Below are positions 26,098 through 37,735 of a stretch of 64,000 bases of DNA, one piece after another. Every line of letters begins with the position of its first letter. Position 1 is the stretch's first letter. Below the pieces are notes generated by a model that was not told the DNA's origin, made no database searches, and saw only the letters and a program-made list of their open reading frames with translations. Origin of the DNA: the human T2T-CHM13v2.0 reference genome, Homo sapiens; assembly GCF_009914755.1 (NCBI RefSeq), contig NC_060940.1. One strand, written 5' to 3'. Made by a program: the position numbers and the translations under genes.

Positions 26098-26744
26098 AAT
26101 AAAATGCTCAAATAAATAAAAACAAACCAATGAACAGGAGTGCTGGTAGACCTGCTTCTTTGCGACTGCTTAATGGCTTAAAGGGCCATTCATTTGGTTT
26201 TGAAGCCACCAAAGCCAGGGCAAGGTGAAACGTTTAGTCCAAATGGGTCCCTCACCCCATTTGGGAACCAATCACTGTCCCCTATAGACCTAGTTCATTG
26301 AAGGCATTTAACTGAATCCAATCATCCACATTACTAATTGACCTCCACAAGCCAACAAAAGAAAAGATCGGTTCATCCAATTAACCTTGGGACTAGCTCA
26401 CCCTTGATCTCAATGCTCATCCAGATGGAGAGAAGTCCTCTGGGCCAAGATTGGGAAACTGAGCCCCCCTTTCTCAAAGCTGGCAGCTTTTTAAAGGCCA
26501 CCAACTCCATTTCACAAGAGATGAGGAGAGACAGATGGTGAATAGAGTACCTGCAAAAACTCAAAGATACACAGGGCCAGTGTAGCAACTTGCACACTTG
26601 CAACTTGTATTTCCCCCTTTTTCCTCCCAAGTAGTCTCAGTCTCCCAACCTGATTGTCTTATAAGCCAAAACAGCTTTTGCGCAGCTTGATAGCCTCAGC
26701 CTTGATTTTTAAATGACTAGAAATTCAGGAGGCAAAAGAGCGAT

Positions 26745-26985
26745 AGTCTTAGCTCAAAAGTCAACCGGACCTGGGTTTGAATCCCAGATCCACAGCACAA
26801 CAGCTGCAAAACCTTGAGCAATTAGTGATATCTCTAAGCCTCGGTTTCTTCATCTCTAGAAGGGAAATACAAACATAGTGTCTTCCTTTCATTAGGTTGT
26901 GGCTGTGAAGTGAAGAAATTACAGGTAAAGCCTTCGACATGGGGCTCAGCACACAGCAAGTACTCAATAAATGTTGGTTATTTAT
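26745..26985 (+). mobile_element. MIR, near full length
   Basis: gacctgggtttgaatcccag...ccttgagcaattagtg...cctcggtttcttcatct...tactcaataaatgttggtta. Confidence 0.88.
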
Positions 26986-27397
26986 TCTAAAAAGGAAAAA
27001 AGTTAGCTAGTCTATAAATTTTATAGGTCAACATCAGTACTGAAAATGACTATTCACCATACTCTGAATCTTCTCTTGATCCGTGCGCTTGTAATTTCTG
27101 AATTTTAAGCTTCTCTTAAGTCCTTATTGGGGAGTCCCTTGGGATAGTTAATGTTCTCCCAAGACTATCTGCACTGCACCCCGCTTATGTTCCTTCTAGA
27201 AATATAATCAGGATGAGCCTGGAAAATCTCATCCACATCATGGTTTTAGCCATCGAATCATTCCCTCAATAAATACGTATTAATCATCTATTGATCACCA
27301 ATTACTGTGCTCTGTACACAGAGCTGGGCACTGCATATCCAGCTCATCTCCACTTTGGTGGCCAAGATACTGGAAACTCAAACTGTCCAAAGCTTGA

Positions 27398-27767
27398 TGC
27401 CATGGGCTAAACTGTATCTCTAAAAATTCATATGTTGAAGCACTAACACATTGGAGAATGTGATGGTATTTGGAGACGGGGCTTTTGGGAGGTACACAGG
27501 TTTAAGATTAGGCCATCAGGATGATCCTTATGACGGGATTAGTACCCTTGTAAGAAGGCACTAGACAGCTTGCTCACTCTCTCTTGACCAAGTGAGGACA
27601 CAGGAGAAAACTATCATCTGCAATCCAGGAAGAGCCCCTCCCCAAGAACCGAATCAGCAGGCACCATGATCTCAGACTTCCCAGTCTCTAGAACTGTGAG
27701 AAATAAATGCTTGCTGTTTAAGCCATTTGATCCATGGTATTTTGTTAAAGCAGCCAGAACTAAAACA
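27398..27767 (+). mobile_element. MLT1A solo LTR inserted in an L2
   Basis: tgccatgggctaaactg...aattcatatgttgaag...cagccagaactaaaaca; TSD cttga / cttgg. Confidence 0.9.
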
Positions 27768-28625
27768 CTTGGTTTCCAACTTCATCTTAAAACATGCTTC
27801 TCCCCTGTCTCCTTTCTTGGTTACAGGCTCCACTGACCAACCCAAACTGAAATCATTTGAGACTTTCCCTCCCTCACTCTCATATCCAGTCAGTCCCCAA
27901 CTCTTATTTGTGGGTTCTAGATTTGAAAAAAAAATAAAAATAAGAAGCTCTTCCATCTTTATAAACAGAGCTTTTTCTCCATTCATGACTGATTTCTACT
28001 CATCCTCAGGGCTCATGGTGTCTCCTCTAAATCCTCCAGCAGTCTTCAAGGCGGTCTTATTACTTTCACTCTTCCCTAGTAGAGTCCCTGCCGAAAAGCC
28101 ATTTTCTGAAACACAATCCTGAATCTGCCCCTTTTCTGCTTAAAAACCTTCAAGAATTCACAAAACCTCCAGGATATAGTCTCTGCTCCTCAGCTGGGAA
28201 ATCCTACCATAACTGAGCCCTGGCCCCCGCCCAGCCATTTCTCAACAAGCCCCCTTCACTTTAGATTCCTCAGCCTAATTGCAACATCCCCAAATGGTCC
28301 AGGTGCTTTCAAACCTCCACGCCTTTGCAGGTGCTGTTCCTTCTGCTCCAACCCCCTCTCCATTCCTTGACTGCTGATCCTATACTTTATCCTCATCTTT
28401 CATAGGTTCAAATCCCCCCATGGGCCATTACTGAGCCCCCTTCCCAGGCTGTATAAGGCTACTACTTTCCTCTCTGTTCCAATATATTCCCACTATAATA
28501 AATATGACACAGTCTATTGTAACTTGTTCTTTCCCTCTTTCTCTGTCCCTCCTCCGCATAACCAGATGGTCACTCCTTTGAGAATAGAGAGATCCTGTCT
28601 TATTTATTTTCAATGCCATGCAGGT
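27768..28625 (+). mobile_element. L2 (continues to the left of the MLT1A)
   Basis: ctgcttaaaaaccttcaa...cacgcctttgcaggtgctgttccttctgcc...ctcctttgagaatagagagatcctgtcttatt. Confidence 0.7.
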
Positions 28626-28870
28626 TTTAAGGATAAAAATCAAGAAAAAATAAAGTTTTGGCAACTGTGCTAAAGCCAGAAATTTCTGAAAATGACTGTT
28701 TAATGCATACCATGGGGATAATTATAACGATAATAACAATATCAACTATTTTAAGTGCTAAATATGACTAAACATTTTATAGGCATAGCTCATTTAATCC
28801 TTTTAACCACCCCAGGAAGAAGTATTATTTTTGCTCTCTTGTTTTTTGGATGGGGTAAATGAAGCACAGA

Positions 28871-28897
28871 TCTCTCTTTCTCTCTCTCTCTCACAAA

Positions 28898-28949
<52 letters not shown>
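28871..28949. repeat. (CT)n-(CA)24 compound microsatellite
   Basis: Directly visible. Confidence 0.97.
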
Positions 28950-28951
<2 letters not shown>

Positions 28952-29110
28952 GGGTTTGGGATTCAGAAAGGCACAGTTCCTAAACTGGCTCTGTCATTTA
29001 TCATCTATGTGACCTGAAGGCAATTCACTTAATCTCTATTTGTTTCCTCATCTCTGGAATAAGAAAAGACTTGTTGTGGTAATTTAAAAAGACTATTTAC
29101 AAAAGTATTG

Positions 29111-29250
29111 AACCAGGAGCAGTGGCATGCACTTGTAGTCCCAGCTACTCTGGAGGCTAAGGCAGGAGGATTGCCTGAGCCCAGGAGTTTGAATCCTGCC
29201 TGAGCAACATCATGAAACTGTCTCATAAAAAAAATAAAGTTTAAAAAAAC
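29111..29250 (+). mobile_element. FLAM_A monomer inserted in a MIR (~28960-29290)
   Basis: gtggcatgcacttgtagtcccagctact...gcctgagcccaggagtttgaatcc plus A tail. Confidence 0.85.
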
Positions 29251-29499
29251 AAAATTAAATTGACACATAGTAGGTACTCAGTGATATTGTCTCTTTCTCC
29301 AAACACTTACCCAGACCTGTATGCTTCAGGAATAGTATTAATGTCTTAAACCGGGTAACTAGTCTGCTGACTGGCTGAGATTCAGGCATGTCAGTATCGC
29401 TTGGCTCCAGCTTACCTAATAGACTAGCTCTGAGTCTGTCTCCATCCATGTCTCCCACCCACACAACTCTAGCCTCATGGATAAGGTGAGGCTCAGGGA

Positions 29500-30650
29500 G
29501 TGTGACCTGGGACGAGGTTAGAATGAGCATGACTGCCATGCAGTTTGCTTGATAACTTCGAAAAAGCTGAAAGCTTAGCAGTTTGGTTTTGAGGTTGTGA
29601 TGCAAACGTGTAAGTGTTCGATGTGTATTTCTGTCAACCACACCTGAAAGGCCGTGTGCAACACCATGTGCCCAGGTGCGGAAGCTCAGAGACTTGACGT
29701 AGGCGGGAATTTGCCGTGATAGCATTTAAGCAGCCATCTGTTTTCCAGGAGATTCTGGAGCCACCTTCCCCATCAAGCCCCCCTTTCCCGTCCTCACGCA
29801 CCCCCAGCTCCTCACTCAGGAATACATTGACATTTCCAGATGTATTGATTACAGGGGCAGACTAGCTTTGGGCGGGAGAAGGGAGAGAAATGGATTGACT
29901 TTATTATTTGTGGGTGGAAAAAAAGAATAAACAAGGGTGCTTTTGTTTGAAGGACAAAACCAAAATTATCGGTTGAATGGGGCTGAATTAAGCACTTAAA
30001 GTTCAATCCTTCCAGAGTGCTGACAGTGCACAGGCGGAGATCAATACAGAAACTATTTGGGCCGTGGGGAACCTGGGCCCTGCTTATTAACCGCTAATTA
30101 TACCAAGTTTTCTGCCGAAATGGGTTAGTTCCCTTCAAGATTACGATACAACAGAACTGGTTGGCACTGTCGGACCCGGGTCTGGGATCCAACCCCTGGA
30201 GCAGGAAGTCCAAGGTTCAGGATAAACTCCCAAAGGCCTTCTATTTATGGAGCCCACTTCCCAATTTGCCACTTGCAAATCAGGGTGTAGACAGCCCACC
30301 ACTTTCTTATTAGAATTTTAAAATAAGACTGCCAACGGCAAGACGGATATTTCACTAGGGCTTTCAGTACGGCCACACCAGTTGTTCAAAACAGGGACAC
30401 TCTCCCACGCCAGTCGCTCAGCAACCTCCCCTGCTACCTCACATGCCCCTCACTCTCATTATCCAGGCTTAACACCTGGCCGAGCAAGGGCCTGCGGGGC
30501 CCGCTCCAGCATCCACTCTGGTGAATCTGTGCTCATGCCCTCCCGGTGCTCAAACATTTTGAGCACGACCCTGACCACAGGCAACAACTTTCCATAATCC
30601 GTTAGTCACCAGCCAGTCTACAAACCCAGATGCCTTCCCGTGGGGAGGGG
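29500..30650. promoter_or_regulatory. Repeat-free, CpG-retaining candidate regulatory element
   Basis: About 32 CpG in 1.15 kb by hand count; TAATTA and TGACGT motifs; no recognisable repeat. Confidence 0.4.
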
Positions 30651-30674
30651 GATATTGATTGTACATACACAATG

Positions 30675-30676
<2 letters not shown>

Positions 30677-30712
<36 letters not shown>

Positions 30713-31498
30713 TATAAATACACAACTGCATGTATATGTATGTAGTTATGTATATATACAGTTATATATAACCATATAAAATATGGAAAATTTATATTTC
30801 ATATTATATTCCATTAACTATATATTAAATATGTATATATACTATATATAGTTTTATACACTTAATATTTAACGTACTAAACATTTAGGACTAAAACTAA
30901 ATATGTACTATATGTATGTAACTATAGTTACATATAGTACATATTTAGTACTAAATATACTATATATACTAAGTATTTACATATCTAGTATACATAAATA
31001 CTATATATACCATATATATTTATATATAATAATATATAAATATTGATATAATTACATATAATATATATTTGGCACTAAATATACTATATATGTATAGATA
31101 GTATGTGTATATATAATATATACTATATATGTGTGTATATACGATATACTATATATAATACTATATATACTATAGATACTGTATTTAGTATATACTAAAT
31201 TTACTAAATATATATTCAGTATATACTAAATTTACTAAATACATATTTAGTATATTTAGTATACATAAATATTTATAGTTACATATAGTACATATTTAGT
31301 ACTAAATATATACTATATTTATATATTTAGTAAATATATAAATGAACATGTACTATATGTAAACACATGTAAATATATAAATGTATATATTAAATATATA
31401 AATATATAGTTACATATAGTACATAGTATATATGTAGTTATATAGAGTATATATAGACTATAAACTATAACTATATATATATATATATGAACTATACA
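30677..31498. repeat. (CA)17 followed by an ~790-bp AT-rich low-complexity palindromic tract
   Basis: Directly visible; recurrent unit tatagttacatatagtacatatttagtactaaatata. Confidence 0.95.
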
Positions 31499-31673
31499 CA
31501 GCCATCCCTCGGTATACACAGGGGACTGGTTCCAGGACCCCCAGGTGTACCAAAATCTGTGCCTACCCGAGACCTGCAGTCAACCTTGCAGAACTCAAGG
31601 ACAGGAAAAGTAACCCTTCATCTACACAGGGGTTTTGAAGCAGTTCACATCTGTATTGTTCAAGAGTCAAATA
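31499..31673 (+). mobile_element. MER8 (Tigger2 derivative) with an internal deletion
   Basis: cagccatccctcggtatacacagggggactggttccaggacccc...gcagttcacatctgtattgttcaagagtcaa. Confidence 0.8.
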
Positions 31674-31720
31674 TAGATAGATAGATAGGTAGATAGACAG
31701 ACAGATAGATAGATAGATAC
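31674..31720. repeat. (GATA)n/(GACA)n tetranucleotide STR
   Basis: Directly visible. Confidence 0.9.
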
Positions 31721-31759
31721 ACACACGTATATAGATGCACACACATAGTTTATGTAAAG

Positions 31760-32040
31760 TTGGTGTGTTTGGGAGATATTTCCATGTTGCCACTTATCAA
31801 TTTATCTTATCTTTTTAACAGCTACATGGCGCCCAGTAGTACGGATATACCATAATTTAGCCACTCCCTAGTTGATGAATATTTAGGTTATCCCACATTT
31901 TCTCTATCACAAAACATACTGCAATGAACACCTTGAACATATATTATTCTGCACATATATGAATATTTCCATAGGATGGATTCCAAGAAGTGGAATTGTT
32001 GCGTGTTTTTAATTTTGGCAGATCTTGACAAACCATTCCT
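31760..32040 (-). mobile_element. L1ME-type fragment
   Basis: gatataccataatttagccactccctagttgatgaatatttaggtt...ttccaagaagtggaattg. Confidence 0.75.
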
Positions 32041-32809
32041 ACTTTCTCTCATACAAAAATGATGGTGACATGTGCCCCCATTTATCTGGATGGTTTGCAG
32101 GAATGAGCCCCCTCAAAGTGGTCTCTGGTCAACACAACGGGTCTCTGTGATGTACCCACCTGCATTTAGCAATCAGAGTTCACAGAGCACTTTCCAGTCT
32201 GCTTGGCACACATTCGTTCACAAAGAAGCTGAGGGAAGCTTCATTGCTGCTTCTAAAAAGCAGATTATTCCAGATCCCCGCAAAGCTTCCAGTCTGTTGA
32301 GCTACCTGAAAATGACAAGCAGCAACTTCCCTGCAGAGACCTGGAGTCAGAGTTTGGCCATCAATTGCCACCCAGACCTTGAAGCCACTCTGCTTGTCTC
32401 TAGGGCAATGTGAACTCCTGGCCATCATGCCTTGCTTAGGATGTCACCAAGTGTCCCCTGAAAAACAGCTGTCAGTCTGTCCCTCTAATCATAGGACCTC
32501 AAACCCAGCACAGAGAGCCAAATAGAAAGCGGATCCTATTCCATTCCCTTTATCTCCCTGTTTCCATTAAAAATAAAAGCCTCAGAGCATGCAAGCAGGC
32601 AGAGGAGAGGGAAGTATTGTCCACAGTCAAAGCATCTCGACCTCCAGATCAGTCAGCCAGAATGTCCTGCTACACAAGCATTTTTATTCGTTCCAGGATG
32701 TTCTTGAGGCAGCTTCCAAAAATGCACATAACATAACAAAATTGGAAAGTGCAATTAACAGACAAAGTGAGAAAAATGAAAAATATATATGAGACAAGAT
32801 ATAAAGACC

Positions 32810-33250
32810 CAACCTAAATGCCTACCAATGATAGACTGGATTAAAAAAAAAAAGTGTTATATATACACCATGGAATACTGTGCAGCCATTAAGAAAGAAC
32901 GAGCTCACATCCTTTGTGGGGACATAGATGGAGCTGGAGACCACTGTCCTTAGCAAACTAACACAGGAACAGAAAACCAAATACTGCATGTTCTCACTTA
33001 GAAGCGGGAGCTAAACGATGAGAATACATAGAGGGGAACAACACACACTGGGGCCTATCAAAGGGTGGAGGGTGGGAGGAGGAAGACTCAGGAAAAATAA
33101 CTAATGGGTACTAGGTTTAACACCTGGATGATGAAATAATCTGAACGACAAACCCCCATGACACAAGTTTACCTATGGAACAAACCTTCACATGTACTCC
33201 TGAACTAAAAATAAAAGTTAAAAACAAAAAAAGAAGAAGAAGAAAGAAAG
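32810..33250 (+). mobile_element. L1PA15/16-like 3' end
   Basis: aggaaaaataactaatgggtactagg...aacccccatgacacaagtttacc plus A-rich tail; flank repeat aaagacc. Confidence 0.92.
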
Positions 33251-33427
33251 AAAGACCGAGGAGAAAGAAACCTATATGAGGCATTAAGCTCTGCACAATT
33301 TTTAGGCATTTGGACTCCAACAACAGCAACAAAAAAAGGCGGATAGAGGGTTCGGGAGATGGAATTACATTTAGTGTCTATATCTACAATGTGCATGAAA
33401 ATAATTCCCACATTTTGACTTTAATCA

Positions 33428-33737
<310 letters not shown>

Positions 33738-34240
33738 TCACAGAGTGGAAAATAGGAAATAAAGATGGCACAACTTTCAATTTCTCAGAATGGGTCTGTT
33801 TCTCATTTGAACAGCATAAAATCCAGCCAGGCCTCCTCTCCAACCAGCAGGCCAAGACTCTTCCAAACTGACCTGACACCCCGCCATACCCAATCTTGGC
33901 ACCCCACCCACTTCCCCCTCCTCAGGGTGCTGCCCAAACCAGACAAAAAGCAGGCGCCAAGATGCTCCCACAGGACTAAGGCTCATAGTGACCTTCTTAA
34001 AAAAAACAAAAACAAAAAAACTTAGTTGGCAACTGTTAAACATTGGGAAATTGTACATAAAAAATCCTGATCTCTCACTTTTTAAAAAAACAAGTGGAAA
34101 AGAAAAATAGGCAACATAACATCTCCCCATAGCTGGAGCTGGGGCCGCCTTGGAGGAGAAAAGGTACCTCCCATTTTGTGCACTCAGCCCACTTTCCTGA
34201 CTCATGCCCATGCAAACCCCAGCTAGGCAACAAATACTTA

Positions 34241-34385
34241 TATTTTTTGATTATTATTTTTTTTTAGTAGAAACGGGGTTTCGCCATATTAGCCAGGCTG
34301 ATCTCGAACTCCTCGCCTCAAACCATCCTCCCACGTAGGCTTCCAAAAGTGCTGGGATGACAGGCGTGAGCCACCACCCCTGGCC
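34241..34385 (-). mobile_element. Alu left monomer / FLAM_C
   Basis: ttttagtagaaacggggtttcgcc...aggcgtgagccaccacccctggcc. Confidence 0.9.
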
Positions 34386-34689
34386 TAACTTTTCAATTTT
34401 TTTAACAGAGAGAAAACTTAACGGGGTGAGTAAAATGGCACCAAAAGACCTGAACTTGGACCCATGACTTGGCCGTCCATTTTCTGAATCCACCAAATGA
34501 GGGGTCCGACACTGAATGACGATTCTTTGCACCTCTGACAATGTTCTTTCTTTTGACTGACGGAGGTCCCACTTTCCAGGGTAGGGGATTTTGCTGGTAT
34601 CTACGAACCATGCCAACTTGGCTTAAACGGTCAAGAAAGAGGGGGGTCTCCATAATGGGGCCATTTCACTCTAATTTCTTCTTGAAATG

Positions 34690-34815
34690 CTTACCCGACT
34701 GGTCCCCTCCCTCGCCCCTTACCTATCCCTTTCCTCTCTAGGGTTTTGCTAGGATGTTAGCCGGATGTAAGGTACACGGACGAACTGCAAGCTTAGAGGT
34801 AGTGATTGGCTTTGC
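34690..34815 (-). promoter_or_regulatory. Candidate minus-strand promoter / short first exon
   Basis: CCAAT on the minus strand (gattggc 34804-34810), ETS CCGGATGT 34761-34768, two minus-strand 5' splice sites AG|GTAAGG (34723) and GG|GTAAGC (34695), local CpG retention. Confidence 0.35.
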
Positions 34816-34976
34816 AAGCAGAAACAAAAACAAAACAATGACCAAAAAAAAAACCCCGCAAAACCAACAAAATAAAACAAAGCACCTCTTCCTTTGTTTA
34901 AAATACATTTTGCGTTAAACCAGTAGCCTACCAAAGGCAGCCTGGAGCCTTAAGTGTGTTCTGGAAGCTGAGCCTT

Positions 34977-35011
34977 GAGCGCCATCTGGGAGCAGAGGGC
35001 GGCACTGCAGC
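34977..35011 (-). promoter_or_regulatory. Candidate CTCF site with upstream motif
   Basis: Minus strand reads GCTGCAGTGCCGCCCTCTGCTCCCAGATGGCGCTC: TGCAG upstream module plus CCAGATGGCGC core. Confidence 0.6.
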
Positions 35012-35109
35012 CTCCCGCCCTGGAGCTTCGCCTCCAGGTCCTTGCAGACTTTCCCCTTCATGATCCATCTCTTCTCCTGTTGCCCCAAGGTCTCAGAAGA
35101 GGGGATGTG

Positions 35110-35290
35110 CTACAATGGGGAGTTATGGGTTTTGCAATCAGACCCTGACACTTCACTGGCTGTGGGGTCTTGGGCAATTCATTGCCTTTCTGCAACATGA
35201 GGACAATCACACCCACCTTACTGGGAGACTGGAAGATTAAAAAAGAAAAATGACATAAACGGGCTTATAGCATGCAGTCAGCAAACTTAT
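35110..35290 (+). mobile_element. MIR
   Basis: cactggctgtggggtcttgggcaattcattgcc...gaagattaaa. Confidence 0.6.
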
Positions 35291-35829
35291 CCCCTTCCGT
35301 CACAGTGCCATAACTCAGTCTACAGACGAGTAACTCGGGGAGGGGGTTTGTTTGGCTCATCTGTAAAACAGGGCTGCTGGAAGCCGACATTGCATAACCC
35401 ATATGTACAACAACTGGCACACAGTGAGTGCTCAGCTGTTAATAAAGGGAAGGAAAAGAAACTGTAAATCTGGCTCTGTTATAGGTCCTGAGGTTAAGCA
35501 AATAGAGAGACAGTTATAAAGATAAGTAAGACAAGAGAGCCAAATGTAAATAATAATATCAGGTAATTAATTAGATGTATGAACAAAGTTCAAATCAGTG
35601 TAGCTTCCAGGCTATATCAATTACCTCGCTTAAGCCCTCTACGCCCTTTACAACACAGGACTGTCACCCCTGCCCAGTTTACGGGCCAGCCAAGGAGGGT
35701 TCAGAAACAGCAGGGAATGTCCTTTGGGCTTACGCTGTTTGTGACCCTGCTTCTTCTCGGATCCTAGTCCATCTTCATCTTTTTTTTCCCAAAATGGTTT
35801 TCTCATTTCTGCCACTGAAGTTGAACAAA

Positions 35830-36190
35830 TTCAACATCTGATTTTTCCTTTCCCTGTCTCCCCTCTGCCCACACCCTCCCCCAGTACTTCATCCTCCTGA
35901 GGTCGGCTCGATCCCAACTTCATGTCTGTCCCATCCAGCCCTCTTCAATTCCACTCTCCTCTCTCCAGTTATGACCCCTGGATGCCTGAAGAAGCCTTCT
36001 AACTGTGCTCTCCACTGTCCAGCTCTGCTCCCTCCAATCTGCCCTGCATGAGCCCCTGAGGGATCTCACCCTTTCAGCAGGTCCACCTACAAGTATAACC
36101 CCTCTAGGTGACATACCTTCCTTCGGGAAGCTTCTCCCAACAACCACTGACCCACAAGAATCTCTGCTTTCCTCAAACACAAGTAGACTT
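35830..36190 (+). mobile_element. L2 fragment
   Basis: agccttctaactgtgctctccactgtccagctctgctccctccaatctgccctgca. Confidence 0.55.
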
Positions 36191-36244
36191 CGCAACTCTG
36201 CCTACCTGTTAGAATAACCTGAAGAAGCTTCATACCACACTGTT

Positions 36245-37345
36245 CACCAACAAGCACACAAAAAGATGCTCGATGTCATTAGCCATCAGGGAAATGCAAA
36301 TTCAATCAACAATGAGAGACCACTCCACACCCACAAGGATAGCTATAATTAAAAAGATGAACAACGACAAGTATTGATGAAAATATGGAGAAATTGGAAC
36401 CTTATAATACCGCTGGTAGAAATGTAAAATGGTACAGTCACTTGGGAAACAAGGCTGGCAGTTAGTTCCTCAAAGGGTTAAACAGAGTTATCATATGACC
36501 CAGCAACTCCACTCCTAGGTATATATATGTAAGAGAATTGATAGTTTCTGTATCCACACAAAAAACTTATATACAAATGTTCATAATAGCAGTATTCATG
36601 GATATCCAAAAAGTGGAAACCACCGAAGTGTCCATCAACTGATGAATGGATGAACAAAATGTGGTCTAGGAATGACGTGCTGATCCACACTGCAACACAG
36701 ATGGGTCTTTAAAAGCTATGTAAGTGAAAGAAGCCAGTCACAAAGAACCATATGTTATTTCAATCCATTTATATGAAATGTCCAGACTAGGCAAATCCAT
36801 AGACACGTAAAGTAGATTAATGGTTGCCAGGGGTTGGGGGAGGGGAAATGGGAGGAAATGGGGAGTTTCTGGTAGTGACTACAGGGTTTCTTTTCGAGGA
36901 AATGAAAATGTTCGGACTGTAGGCTGAGTGTGGTGGCTCATGCCTGTAATCTCAGCACTTTGGGAGGCTTAGGTGGGAGGGTCACTTGAGCTCAGGAGTT
37001 CAAGACCAGCCTGGGCAATGTAGCTAGATCCCATTTCTACAAACAAAATTTTTTTTAATTAGCTGGGTGTGATGGTGCATGCCTGTGGTCCCAACTACTC
37101 AGGAGGCTGAGGCAGGAGGATCCTTTGAGCCTAGGAATTTGAAGCGGCAGTGAGCCATGATCTCATCACTGCACTCCAGCCTGGGTGACAATGTGAGACC
37201 CTGTCTCTAAAAAATAAAAAAAGTCGATTGTGGTGATGGTTGCACAATTCTGTGAATATACGACAAACTATTAAATTGTGTACTTTAAATGGGTGAATTG
37301 TATGGAATGTGAATTATGTATCTGAATAAAACTTATATTTTTAAA
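36245..37345 (+). mobile_element. L1MB7-like 3' end interrupted by an AluJ
   Basis: catcagggaaatgcaaat...catatgacccagcaactccactcctagg...ggcaaatccatagacac...gatggttgcacaattctgtgaatata...aataaaac. Confidence 0.9.
36922..37222 (+). mobile_element. AluJ
   Basis: cacttgagctcaggagttcaagaccagcctgggcaa...ggaggatcctttgagcctagg. Confidence 0.95.
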
Positions 37346-37569
37346 AAAATAAACCTCCCATTCCAATCACTTCCTCATTGTTCAATATGGCTTCATATAT
37401 TTCTTCATAAATAAATATACTGATTTAATACGTGTTTATTCGCTTATTGTCTACCACAACAGTAAAGGTAATTTCAATGAGAGCAGAGCCTATGGCGCAT
37501 TCACTTCTATATTCCCAGTGCTTTGAGCATGGCACAAAAGGCTACTAAATAAGTAAGTGCCAGTGTGTG

Positions 37570-37735
37570 AATATATGAGTACCTGTAAGAATCAGCAAAA
37601 ATAAAATACTGTTTCCAGGGCCCCAGCCCCAGAGATTCAGACGCAATTGATCTGAGGGAGAGCCTGACAAAGGTCTGGCTCAAGACTTCTTGAGTGATAC
37701 CATTGTACAAACCAAGACGAAGAGCCCTGATCCAC
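37570..37735. mobile_element. MER5-like hAT fossil
   Basis: ttccagggccccagccccagagattcagacgcaattgatctgaggg. Confidence 0.5.

Noticed and set aside
26745-26985. tRNA gene suggested by the B-box-like ggtttgaatccc
   Set aside because: It is the tRNA-derived head of a MIR, followed by the MIR core; no cloverleaf.
29255-29725. Longest ORF (156 aa, minus strand)
   Set aside because: No recognisable domain, its 3' end runs into MIR sequence, and the length is plausible by chance in 64 kb.
30546-30566. 9-bp hairpin gtgctcaaa-cat-tttgagcac as a terminator or structured RNA
   Set aside because: Eukaryotic context, no U-tract, and a stem this short is expected by chance.
30711-31498. CRISPR-like or organellar (NUMT) origin of the recurrent AT-rich units
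   Set aside because: Units are irregularly spaced low-complexity sequence without unique spacers; no cas or mitochondrial gene similarity.
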